This document shows, piece by piece, positions 41,578 to 50,006 of a stretch of DNA of 61,956 nt. This DNA comes from Bacilli bacterium. GTDB lineage: Bacteria > Bacillota_I > Bacilli_A > RF39 > UBA660. Within the stretch, counting starts at the first letter, position 1; each line of letters starts with the position of its first letter. The translations under genes were made by a program, and so were the position numbers. The notes beneath the pieces are model-generated. The model had not been told where the DNA came from and searched no databases. It saw only the letters and a list, made by a program, of their open reading frames with translations. The stretch lies in assembly GCA_017887425.1 (NCBI GenBank), contig JAGHHZ010000029.1, forward strand, positions 1-61,956, in the 5' to 3' direction.

Positions 41578-42654
41578 TTAAAAATCTAAGTCAATAAAGT
41601 TAACTAAAATTGTATTAGAAATATAAATATATTTAGGATTTATTTTTAGATAACCATTATCAACTGATAATTTACCTTCTTTTAACAATTTCTTAACAAT
41701 ACCAATGTCTAAAACATTCATATCATATTTTGCTTTAAATTCTAATATGTTTATACCTTCTAACTTTCTAAATCCCAAAATAAATTCATTTTCTATTTTT
41801 TCTTTTTTAGATAATTTATGACTTTCAAATAAATAATTACCATTTAAATAGTTTTGATATGATCTTGTATTATCATACCTAACACCATCAATATATCCAG
41901 ATGCGCCAATACCAAAGCCATAATATTCTAAATTATTCCAATAGACCAAATTATGTTTAGAATAATAATCATCTTTAGCAAAATTGCTTATCTCATAATG
42001 AACATAATTTTTTAACTTTTTATTTATCAGTTGATACATTTGATAATCTAAATCTTCATCGATATTAGTCACATTATCAATATATATTTTAGTATGTGGT
42101 TCGATTATCAAAGAATAAGCCGATATGTGATTAACATCTAAACTCAAAATAAAATCTAGATCTTCTTCTAATTCCTTTAAAGTTTGATTGGGCATTCCAT
42201 ACATTAAATCGACATTTACGTTAAAGTCATATTGCTTTAATAAATTGACTAAATTAATTACTTCTTCTTTTGTATGATTTCTATTTAAAAATTTCAAATG
42301 TTTAGGATTAACAGTTTGAACACCTATACTAATTCTATTAACTCCGTATTGTTTTAATAATTTAACTTTATCTAAACTTAAATCAGCATTAGTTTCAACA
42401 GTAAATTCTATTTTTTCAAAATTAAATAATTTAGTTAATTTCAGTAATTTTTCTAGTTGTTTGATATTTAAGGAAGTCGGTGTCCCACCACCAATATAAA
42501 TCGTGTTAATTGGTTCATTTTTATATTTTGATTTTATTTCTTTTTCTAATGCTATTAAATAATTATCTACCCATTTTTCATTGTAATAAAATTTACAAAA
42601 ATCACAATAGGAACAAATTGTTTTACAAAATGGAATATGAATATATATAGACAT
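41578..42654 (-). CDS. hemW: Radical SAM heme chaperone HemW (HemN-like)
   Basis: IYIHIPFCKTICSYCDF, GGGTP, YEISNF, HNLVYW. Confidence 0.88.
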   Translation of the reverse strand: MSIYIHIPFCKTICSYCDFCKFYYNEKWVDNYLIALEKEIKSKYKNEPINTIYIGGGTPTSLNIKQLEKLLKLTKLFNFEKIEFTVETNADLSLDKVKLLKQYGVNRISIGVQTVNPKHLKFLNRNHTKEEVINLVNLLKQYDFNVNVDLMYGMPNQTLKELEEDLDFILSLDVNHISAYSLIIEPHTKIYIDNVTNIDEDLDYQMYQLINKKLKNYVHYEISNFAKDDYYSKHNLVYWNNLEYYGFGIGASGYIDGVRYDNTRSYQNYLNGNYLFESHKLSKKEKIENEFILGFRKLEGINILEFKAKYDMNVLDIGIVKKLLKEGKLSVDNGYLKINPKYIYISNTILVNFIDLDF

Positions 42655-42738
42655 TTAAATCAACTACTTTCTTAAAAACAAAATTTAAATATTAAAGAAT
42701 AAAATAAAAACCCTTATTTTTAAGGGTTAATATACAGA

Positions 42739-42815
42739 TGGTGTCCCAGAAGGGATTCGAACCCCTGACCGCTGCCTTAGAAGGGCATTGCTCTATCCAA
42801 CTGAGCTACTGAGAC
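42739..42815 (-). tRNA. tRNA-Arg(TCT)
   Basis: Minus-strand cloverleaf GTCTCAG..CTGGGAC-ACCA, anticodon loop CTTCTAA. Terminator hairpin at 42707-42728. Confidence 0.93.
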
Positions 42816-42916
42816 AAATTTAGTTGGAACGTATTAATTATACAACATATTAAGTCAATATTCAACCCTTTTCCTTTATTTTTTTCCAAATTCTTGATAT
42901 AATTATTGAAAGAAAG

Positions 42917-43780
42917 GTGATGTATTTGAAAAAAGTGCGTAAAGCGGTTATTCCTGTAGCTGGAATGGGAACAAGATTTTTACCAGTAACTAAATCAGTT
43001 CCTAAAGAAATGCTACCAATTATCGATAAACCAACACTTCAATATATCGTTGAAGAATGTGTGGCAAGTGGTATTGAAGAAATATTATTCATAACTAGTC
43101 CATATAAAAGAAATGTCGAAGATCATTTTGATCAAAGTTTCGAATTAGAAACAAGACTAGAAAGAAACAACAAATTAAAAGAATTAGAAATAGTTCAAAA
43201 TATTTCTAAGATGTGTACTATTTATTACACAAGACAAGGTGAACCATTAGGTAGTGGACATGCTATTAAATTAGCTAAAAACTTTATTGGTAATGAACCA
43301 TTTGCTGTTTTATATGGCGATGATTTAATGAAATCTAAAACACCAGTTTTAAAACAATTAATCGATGTTTACAGCAAATATGATTGTAATGTCATCGGTG
43401 TTCAAGAAGTAGATCCTAGTCTAGTTTATAAATATGGTATTATCGAATTTGAACAAGGCGATAAAATTAAAAGTATTATCGAAAAACCTAGTGTCGAAGA
43501 AGCTCCAAGTAACTTTGCTGGATTAGGTCGATATATCGTTAAACCTGAAGTGTTTGAAGAATTAGAAAAATTATCTAAAGGAAAAGGTAACGAGTACCAA
43601 TTTACTGATGGTATGTTAGCTTTGATGAAAAGACAAGATTTCTATGCATGTAAATTTGAAGGGACTTATTATGATATCGGTAATCAATTAGGTTACCTAA
43701 AAGCAAATATTGCTTTTGCCTTAGACCGCGATGATTTAAAAGATGATTTAAAAGCATTTTTAAAAGAGATTAACAACTAA
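42917..43780 (+). CDS. galU: UTP--glucose-1-phosphate uridylyltransferase
   Basis: KAVIPVAGMGTRFLP..PKEMLPI, PLGSGHA, EKP, GRY. Confidence 0.95.
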   Translation: MMYLKKVRKAVIPVAGMGTRFLPVTKSVPKEMLPIIDKPTLQYIVEECVASGIEEILFITSPYKRNVEDHFDQSFELETRLERNNKLKELEIVQNISKMCTIYYTRQGEPLGSGHAIKLAKNFIGNEPFAVLYGDDLMKSKTPVLKQLIDVYSKYDCNVIGVQEVDPSLVYKYGIIEFEQGDKIKSIIEKPSVEEAPSNFAGLGRYIVKPEVFEELEKLSKGKGNEYQFTDGMLALMKRQDFYACKFEGTYYDIGNQLGYLKANIAFALDRDDLKDDLKAFLKEINN

Positions 43781-45534
43781 TCTCTTTTATTTTTTATATT
43801 ATCTAATAATAATTTAACAAATTCATCTTTACTTAATGTAATCGTTTCATCACTACTATGTTTACGATAACTAATTAAATTACCATCAACTTCTTTTTGA
43901 CCTAAAATTAAAGTAAACGGATATTTATTAACTACACTTTCACGCATTCTATATCCAACTTTTTCTTCGCGATCGTCTAATTGAACTCTAATATCATTGC
44001 TTGATAATTCATTATAGATATCTTTAGCATACTCTAAATGATGTTCATTATTAACAGGAATAATATTAACTTGAACAGGTGCTAGCCAAGTTGGTAATAC
44101 CCCTTTAGTTTCTTCTAATATGAAAGCTGTAAATCGATCAAAAGTTCCAAAAATAGCTCGATGAATGACAACTGGTGTTTGTTTTTCACCTTTATTATCA
44201 ATGTAAGATAATTCAAATCTTCTTGGTAATAAGAAGTCTAATTGACAAGTTGATAATGTTACTTCTGGTCCAACAGCTGGTTTTACTTCAACATCTAATT
44301 TAGGTCCATAGAAAGCAGCTTCACCAATAGCTTCAAAATAAGGTATTTCTAATTCATTTAAAACATCTCTTAATTTATTTTCGGCATTGTCCCACATTTC
44401 ATCATCATCAAAATATTTTTCTTTATCATTTTTATCTCTTAATGACAATCTAAATTTATAATCTTTAATACCAAAATCTTTATAAACATCTAAAATTAAA
44501 TTTACAACTTGTTTAAACTCATCTTTAATTTGTTCTGGTGTTACAAATAGATGAGCATCATTTTGACACATACATCTTACTCGCTCTAAACCTTTTACAG
44601 CACCTGATGCTTCATATCTAAAATCTGTTGCAAATTCACCTATTCTAATTGGTAAATCACGATAAGAGTGTAATTTATTTTTATATATCAACATATGATG
44701 TGGACAGTTCATTGGTCTTAAAACAAATTCTTCTTCATCAACTTTCATCATTGGAAACATATTTTCTTTATAATGATCCCAATGACCACTAGTCTTATAT
44801 AAATTAACTGTTCCAACACAAGGTGTATAAACATGATTATAACCTAATTTTCTTTCTTTATCATAAATATAATTTTCTAACTGTTTTCTAATAATTGCCC
44901 CATTAGGCAACCATAAAGGCATACCAGCTCCAACCAATTCATGATTCATATATATTTCTTGTTCTTTTCCTATTTTACGATGATCTCTTAATTTAGCTTC
45001 TTCTAAATAAGCTAAATGCTCTTTTAATTCTTCTTCTGTTTCGTAACAAACACCATAAACTCTTTGTAAAGCTTTATTTTTAGAATCACCTTTAAAATAA
45101 GCTCCACTTACTTTAAGTAATTTAAAATATTTTAACACTTTAACACTTTCAACATGTGGGCCACGACAAAGATCAGTAAAATCACCTTGCGTATAACAAG
45201 AAATAACTGTATCATCACTCATATTGTTAATTAAATCAATTTTATAAGGATCATTTTTAAATTTTTCTAAAGCTTGTTCTCTTGTTAACTCTTCACGATA
45301 AATTCTTTTACCATCTTTAGAAATTTTCTTCATTTCCTTTTCGATTTTTTCTAAATCTTCTTCTTTTATTACTTCATCGCCTAAATCGATGTCATAATAA
45401 AAACCTTCTTCGATAACTGGTCCAACCCAAAACAATGCATTGGGATATAAATGTTTAACGGCTTGCGCTAAAAGATGAGCACAGCTATGATTTAAAATAT
45501 TTAATTTTTCATCTTCTTTGATATTTCTTAACAT
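43777..45534 (-). CDS. thrS: Threonine--tRNA ligase lacking the N-terminal TGS (N1) domain
   Basis: HSCAH and DLCRGPH editing motifs, RDHRKIG, RPMNCPHH, AAFYGPKLD, C-terminal anticodon-binding domain. Thr T-box upstream. Confidence 0.97.
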   Translation of the reverse strand: MLRNIKEDEKLNILNHSCAHLLAQAVKHLYPNALFWVGPVIEEGFYYDIDLGDEVIKEEDLEKIEKEMKKISKDGKRIYREELTREQALEKFKNDPYKIDLINNMSDDTVISCYTQGDFTDLCRGPHVESVKVLKYFKLLKVSGAYFKGDSKNKALQRVYGVCYETEEELKEHLAYLEEAKLRDHRKIGKEQEIYMNHELVGAGMPLWLPNGAIIRKQLENYIYDKERKLGYNHVYTPCVGTVNLYKTSGHWDHYKENMFPMMKVDEEEFVLRPMNCPHHMLIYKNKLHSYRDLPIRIGEFATDFRYEASGAVKGLERVRCMCQNDAHLFVTPEQIKDEFKQVVNLILDVYKDFGIKDYKFRLSLRDKNDKEKYFDDDEMWDNAENKLRDVLNELEIPYFEAIGEAAFYGPKLDVEVKPAVGPEVTLSTCQLDFLLPRRFELSYIDNKGEKQTPVVIHRAIFGTFDRFTAFILEETKGVLPTWLAPVQVNIIPVNNEHHLEYAKDIYNELSSNDIRVQLDDREEKVGYRMRESVVNKYPFTLILGQKEVDGNLISYRKHSSDETITLSKDEFVKLLLDNIKNKRD

Positions 45535-46003
45535 AAGTCTTTCCTCCTAATTCATCTACTTTTGAGCTACGATTAATTTCCTCTAAAATTCCAATAGTTC
45601 CTTCTATTTGATCTTTTTCGTACAAAAGGATTTGCATTTGTCCCCATAAATTAACCAATTTAGAAAGCTGATTAATTCGAACTTTTTTAAGTTCGGTAAT
45701 CTGATCTTCAATCGAACCTAAAGTTTCTAGTCTTTTTAATTCTCTTGGATTAATATAAGGGGCAATATTCCCATAACGATCGCTAACTAATAAAATTTTA
45801 TTAGTTAAAATAAGTTCAATATTTGCATCAGCAAATTCATAAGAGACAGCTACTACATAAGGGTTATTAAAACTTTTTAATTGCTTATGCGTTAATTTAT
45901 AGCAATCAACATATACGCCATCATTCAAATATTGAATTACAAAATCCTCCATTCTCATCGTGTCTTTTACTTTGTCAAAACGACTTAAATTTTTCTTTTT
46001 CAT
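45509..46003 (-). CDS. Hypothetical protein, first gene of the T-box-controlled thrS operon
   Basis: AAGGAG RBS, 164 aa, overlaps the thrS start by 26 nt and contains the thrS RBS (AGGAGG). Confidence 0.75.
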   Translation of the reverse strand: MKKKNLSRFDKVKDTMRMEDFVIQYLNDGVYVDCYKLTHKQLKSFNNPYVVAVSYEFADANIELILTNKILLVSDRYGNIAPYINPRELKRLETLGSIEDQITELKKVRINQLSKLVNLWGQMQILLYEKDQIEGTIGILEEINRSSKVDELGGKTYVKKYQRR

Positions 46004-46024
46004 AAACTACTCCTTAAAAATATA

Positions 46025-46222
46025 AAAACACTCCTTAAACAAAGGAGTGTTTAATAACACGGTACCATCCTAATTGGAACTTAATTAAAATAACGGGATT
46101 AACCGGAAATCTCTTTCGAGCTCTACTCATAGGTAGTAACTTTTAAACCTTATTATTGGTCTTGCACCATCACCAACTCGCTTGAAATAGTCTTTTAAAA
46201 GTCGTGTCCTAATCAACGTATT
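46025..46222 (-). ncRNA. T-box riboswitch (Thr, specifier ACC)
   Basis: Stem I motifs TGATTAGGA / AGCGAG..GGTGCAAG / ACC (46132-34) CTATGA. T-box AATTAGGATGGTACCGTG at 46058-46075. Terminator AAACACTCCTT..AAGGAGTGTTTTT. TTGACA/TAAAAT promoter at 46230-46257. Confidence 0.88.
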
Positions 46223-46253
46223 TACCAATATTTTAACACATTAATCTTTTTTG

Positions 46254-47474
46254 TCAATAAGTTTTAATATCTAAATCATAAATATTATTAATATCATCTT
46301 CTAAATCTTTAGGAACAGTAATAGTATTCTTGTCCCCATCAGATATATAGCGATTATTCTCTAAAATATCAAAATTCATTTCAATATCAAATTCTACCCC
46401 ATTATTATCATATGCTCTAATTCGCTTTAAGAAAGTTTTATCAAAACTAGAACTAAATGGTGAAGATTCCGCTTCCCAACCAACTCTTAAAGCAGCCTCT
46501 GTTGTATATTCATTACCATTGTAACTACCATTTAAAATAACCGGAAAATTTTCATGGTCTTTATTATATGGAGAGCCAAATGGTAATGCTACGATATTAA
46601 CATACTTGCCAGGAATATATTTATCTAATAAATTATATAGACTACCAATTTCTTGAGCTGACTTTTCTTTAGAAATTGTTGTAAAATCAGCATGAGAATA
46701 ACTATGATTACCAATATCATAACCATGATCAACTAACCAATTTAATATTTTTTCATTATATTCGCTTTGTTGAAATAATCCACCATTGACAAAAAATGTC
46801 GCTGTAACATTAAAATCAGGATATTTTTGTTTAAATTGTTCTAATACACCAACTGCTGAATTAGGATCGATAATAATTTCCCCATTTTCATCTAATCCAG
46901 TTACTTTAATATTATTTTCAAGACCATCATCAAATGTTAAAATAATTGGACTATATCCCGCCTCAACATCGATAACACCATTAATATAATCTTCTAATCT
47001 AATCATTCGGTAGCCACTATTATAATAAAACTCTAAATCCTTAATAAAAGCTTCTTTGGTTCTTTGATATCCATCTTTATCAACGTTACCACCAGTATAT
47101 TCATTATCTGTAATATTGTGAATACCATGATACATCATAATAGGTACATCACCTAATTCATTAACTTTTAATTCTTCATAATTTATACCTAATGAAACAT
47201 AAATAGTTAAAGTATCATCTTTATTTATTTCTTGATCTACTTCAATACTTTGATCAAAAATTTTATCTTTTTCGAAAGAATTGACTTGTTCTTCAACTAC
47301 TAAATTTAAATTATTCTCTTTTGCAAACGCTTCAGCCTCTGCTACTGTTTTATTAGTTAAGTCAATCATCAAGGTATTATCCTTAGGTTTTAATAAATAA
47401 ATAACAGCTCCAACTATTAAAATTAAGACTATAATAGCGATAATAATTCGGTCAATCCGCAATTTTCTTTTCAT
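46254..47474 (-). CDS. Membrane-anchored polysaccharide deacetylase (CE4) with PASTA-like domain
   Basis: TM, PASTA-like segment (MIDLTNKTVAEAEAF..QS..LTIYVSLG), PIMMYH, LTFDDG, GNHSYSH, LPFG. Confidence 0.82.
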   Translation of the reverse strand: MKRKLRIDRIIIAIIVLILIVGAVIYLLKPKDNTLMIDLTNKTVAEAEAFAKENNLNLVVEEQVNSFEKDKIFDQSIEVDQEINKDDTLTIYVSLGINYEELKVNELGDVPIMMYHGIHNITDNEYTGGNVDKDGYQRTKEAFIKDLEFYYNSGYRMIRLEDYINGVIDVEAGYSPIILTFDDGLENNIKVTGLDENGEIIIDPNSAVGVLEQFKQKYPDFNVTATFFVNGGLFQQSEYNEKILNWLVDHGYDIGNHSYSHADFTTISKEKSAQEIGSLYNLLDKYIPGKYVNIVALPFGSPYNKDHENFPVILNGSYNGNEYTTEAALRVGWEAESSPFSSSFDKTFLKRIRAYDNNGVEFDIEMNFDILENNRYISDGDKNTITVPKDLEDDINNIYDLDIKTY

Positions 47475-47546
47475 AATCTCACCATTTTATATTATACACC
47501 CAATCAATAATTTTATAAAGACATAAAATGATATTAGGTGATTTAT

Positions 47547-47717
47547 ATGTTCCATAGATGGTCTAGAAACACTTGGTGTTTATGCTTGCTCGCCCTTATT
47601 ATTATTTTTTGTTGGCAAGTATTTATTACTTTCTTTCTTATTAGTCGCTTTAATTTACTTTTATTATTCTTCTTATGGTTACTTATTTTATATGCTTTGT
47701 TCCGCATAATATGGTGA
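47547..47717 (+). CDS. Small hydrophobic membrane protein, 56 aa (not in ORF track)
   Basis: AGGTGA RBS, then ATG. Translation: MFHRWSRNTWCLCLLALIIIFCWQVFITFFLISRFNLLLLFFLWLLILYALFRIIW. Fills the gap between two minus-strand genes. Confidence 0.55.
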   Translation: MFHRWSRNTWCLCLLALIIIFCWQVFITFFLISRFNLLLLFFLWLLILYALFRIIW

Positions 47718-48578
47718 GATTAAATTTTCCGTTTTAAATAACAAATCCATCATTTGACTAATTTCTTTTGTCATTATATAGACACTTTTATCAAAATCTA
47801 ATTTAGGAGGTAAAGCTATTAAAATAAATAATAATTTTCTCTCGTCTTTTTGTAAGGGATAACTTTGTTCATAATGCTTTAATATATCTTCAAAATTATA
47901 ATCTAAACCATGACGTTTATATAAAATATATAAATCAAAGATTGGTATCCCTATTTTAGCTTTATCCCAACTAATCAAGTAACTATTTTCACTTTTAATA
48001 AAGTGACTTAAATCTAAATTATTGTGTAGTACTACAACCCTTTGCTTTGTTTTTTCCTTAACTAGATCATACCAATTATCAATTTCATAATTACAAAAAT
48101 TTAAAGCATTAAAAATTCTCGAAATGTTTCTTGCCAACATATATTCACTAGGGCTCATAAAAACGTGAGTATCAATTAAAGTGATTAAATCAGTATAGTA
48201 ACTATTTAAATACTCAATATTATTTTTAATATCTTCATATATTTGTTTATAATCTTCAAAATCTATTTCTTTATAATGTGTCGTTTTATTATGAAGCAAA
48301 GTAATTAAATTAATTAAATCCAACATCTTTTGTTCATTAGGATAATCAATATCATCTAAATACTCAGTAATCTCATATTCTTCCTCTTCGTCATTTATAT
48401 TTTTTGGATAATAATTAAAACTTCGTGATTTTAAATAGTCGAATATCTTCTTATCTTTTAAATTCTTTTTAATCACAAAACGCCCCATCTCTGTATCAAC
48501 GATGGTTGCCTTACCATTAGTTATATAGCGATGGGGTTTTAAATTATGCTTTTTTAATATTTCATTAATTTGTTTCAT
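47688..48578 (-). CDS. YsxE/CotS-like spore coat kinase-fold protein
   Basis: DTEMGRFVIKK, LLHNKTT, VVLHNNLDLSHFI..YLISWD. Coupled downstream of a SpoVID-like gene, as in Bacillus spoVID-ysxE. Confidence 0.75.
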   Translation of the reverse strand: MKQINEILKKHNLKPHRYITNGKATIVDTEMGRFVIKKNLKDKKIFDYLKSRSFNYYPKNINDEEEEYEITEYLDDIDYPNEQKMLDLINLITLLHNKTTHYKEIDFEDYKQIYEDIKNNIEYLNSYYTDLITLIDTHVFMSPSEYMLARNISRIFNALNFCNYEIDNWYDLVKEKTKQRVVVLHNNLDLSHFIKSENSYLISWDKAKIGIPIFDLYILYKRHGLDYNFEDILKHYEQSYPLQKDERKLLFILIALPPKLDFDKSVYIMTKEISQMMDLLFKTENLISPYYAEQSI

Positions 48579-49200
48579 GAACAGATGGTATTATTAACTT
48601 ATCGCCTATTTTAAGTTCACTAATATCGTTATATTGTTCTAATAATTCTTTACTGACATTATATTTTAAAGTTATACTTTCTAAAGTATCACTTTCTTTA
48701 ACAATACATATTCGATATGTTGCATAAGTTTCATTACTATCATCAAAGTTATCAAATAATGTTTTTACTTCTTCCGTATCTAATCTTGTCTCTTCTTTTT
48801 CTAAAACAACATCTTTTTCCTCTTTAATAACTGGAACTACTTTTTCTTCTTCATATTTAAAAGGTGGTAATATTTCTTCTTCTTTTAAATTATCTAAACC
48901 TATTTCAATACTTACACTTAATAAATTATCGTTAACTATTTCATAATAAAAATCATCAATATTTATTTTCATGTTATCTAAAATATAACGTTCACTCATT
49001 TCGATATTAACTGGTATATTATATTTAAATTCTTCCGTATTGACACTAGTATCATTTATTTTATAACTACCACTAATAACTAAATTACCTTTAATTGTTC
49101 TATTTTCTAAATTAAGTTCGTGATCTAAAGCAATGCTTGTTATTTCCGCAATATTCGTTTTAAAAGTTATATCTTTTTTTAAAGGTACAGTTTTTTTCAT
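48565..49200 (-). CDS. SpoVID-like coat morphogenetic protein with C-terminal LysM
   Basis: N-terminal SpoVID-like domain (IKGNLVISGSY..FKYNIPVNI..IDDFYYEI) and LysM (YRICIVKESDTLESI..LKIGDKLIIP). Confidence 0.75.
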   Translation of the reverse strand: MKKTVPLKKDITFKTNIAEITSIALDHELNLENRTIKGNLVISGSYKINDTSVNTEEFKYNIPVNIEMSERYILDNMKINIDDFYYEIVNDNLLSVSIEIGLDNLKEEEILPPFKYEEEKVVPVIKEEKDVVLEKEETRLDTEEVKTLFDNFDDSNETYATYRICIVKESDTLESITLKYNVSKELLEQYNDISELKIGDKLIIPSVHETN

Positions 49201-49265
49201 CTTATCACTCCCATTAAATTATATGAGAATTTATTTATTCTATACATAAAAACCTGTTGAAAATG

Positions 49266-50006
49266 TTATATTTCAACAGGTTCATTAAATCTTTTATAAT
49301 GTTTATTGTTTTGTTTAATAATAAATATTTTAGTTTCTAAAGGCTCATCACGGAAAATATCCATATGTTTGCGGTTATAATCGATTACCTTTTTAACTCT
49401 TGTTTTAAATATTGGGAATTGTAAAAGTTCAGGACACTGTTTAATAATCACATTTAAACTAGCAAAGAAAAATTCATCATTAGCTAAAGATTCGATACTA
49501 TTATCAAATGTCTCTTCATCAACTTCATCAGATAAATAAGTTAATAAAATAAAATCATAACCGAGAGATTTTCTAACAAACTCCTCGTATTTTTTATACT
49601 TTTTATATGATATTTGGCGTCCTAATTTAACATCAGTTCGTATCGTAATTTCATGAAATACCCATTCATAATTAGAAGTATCACTACTCATTTGATTTAA
49701 TTTTAAAACTAAATCATTAAAAATATCACAGTAATATTTTTTAGTATCATCATCTTGATAAACGGCATTATTTCTAATGTAATTAATCAAAGTATATAAT
49801 CTATCTTTAACATCTAAATCCGAATAAGCATAATCCGTATCAACATATATAGCAATATAATTAATTAGAATAGCTAAAAAATCACTATTAAATATATAAA
49901 AATCATAGGATCCATTTCTAGCGCCTTTATAAATATCGTCATCATATAAACAGCTTTGCAAAAATTTTGTATAATAATAAGTTCTTATTGTTTCATCATC
50001 GAACAT
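49266..50006 (-). CDS. Hypothetical helical protein, 246 aa
   Basis: Overlaps the lon stop by 11 nt, RBS inside lon, terminator hairpin at 49249-49282. Confidence 0.7.
   Translation of the reverse strand: MFDDETIRTYYYTKFLQSCLYDDDIYKGARNGSYDFYIFNSDFLAILINYIAIYVDTDYAYSDLDVKDRLYTLINYIRNNAVYQDDDTKKYYCDIFNDLVLKLNQMSSDTSNYEWVFHEITIRTDVKLGRQISYKKYKKYEEFVRKSLGYDFILLTYLSDEVDEETFDNSIESLANDEFFFASLNVIIKQCPELLQFPIFKTRVKKVIDYNRKHMDIFRDEPLETKIFIIKQNNKHYKRFNEPVEI

Noticed and set aside
42700-42815. tRNA-Arg as an integration site for an island
   Set aside because: No duplicated tRNA 3' end or integrase was seen, and the neighbours are housekeeping genes (hemW, galU).
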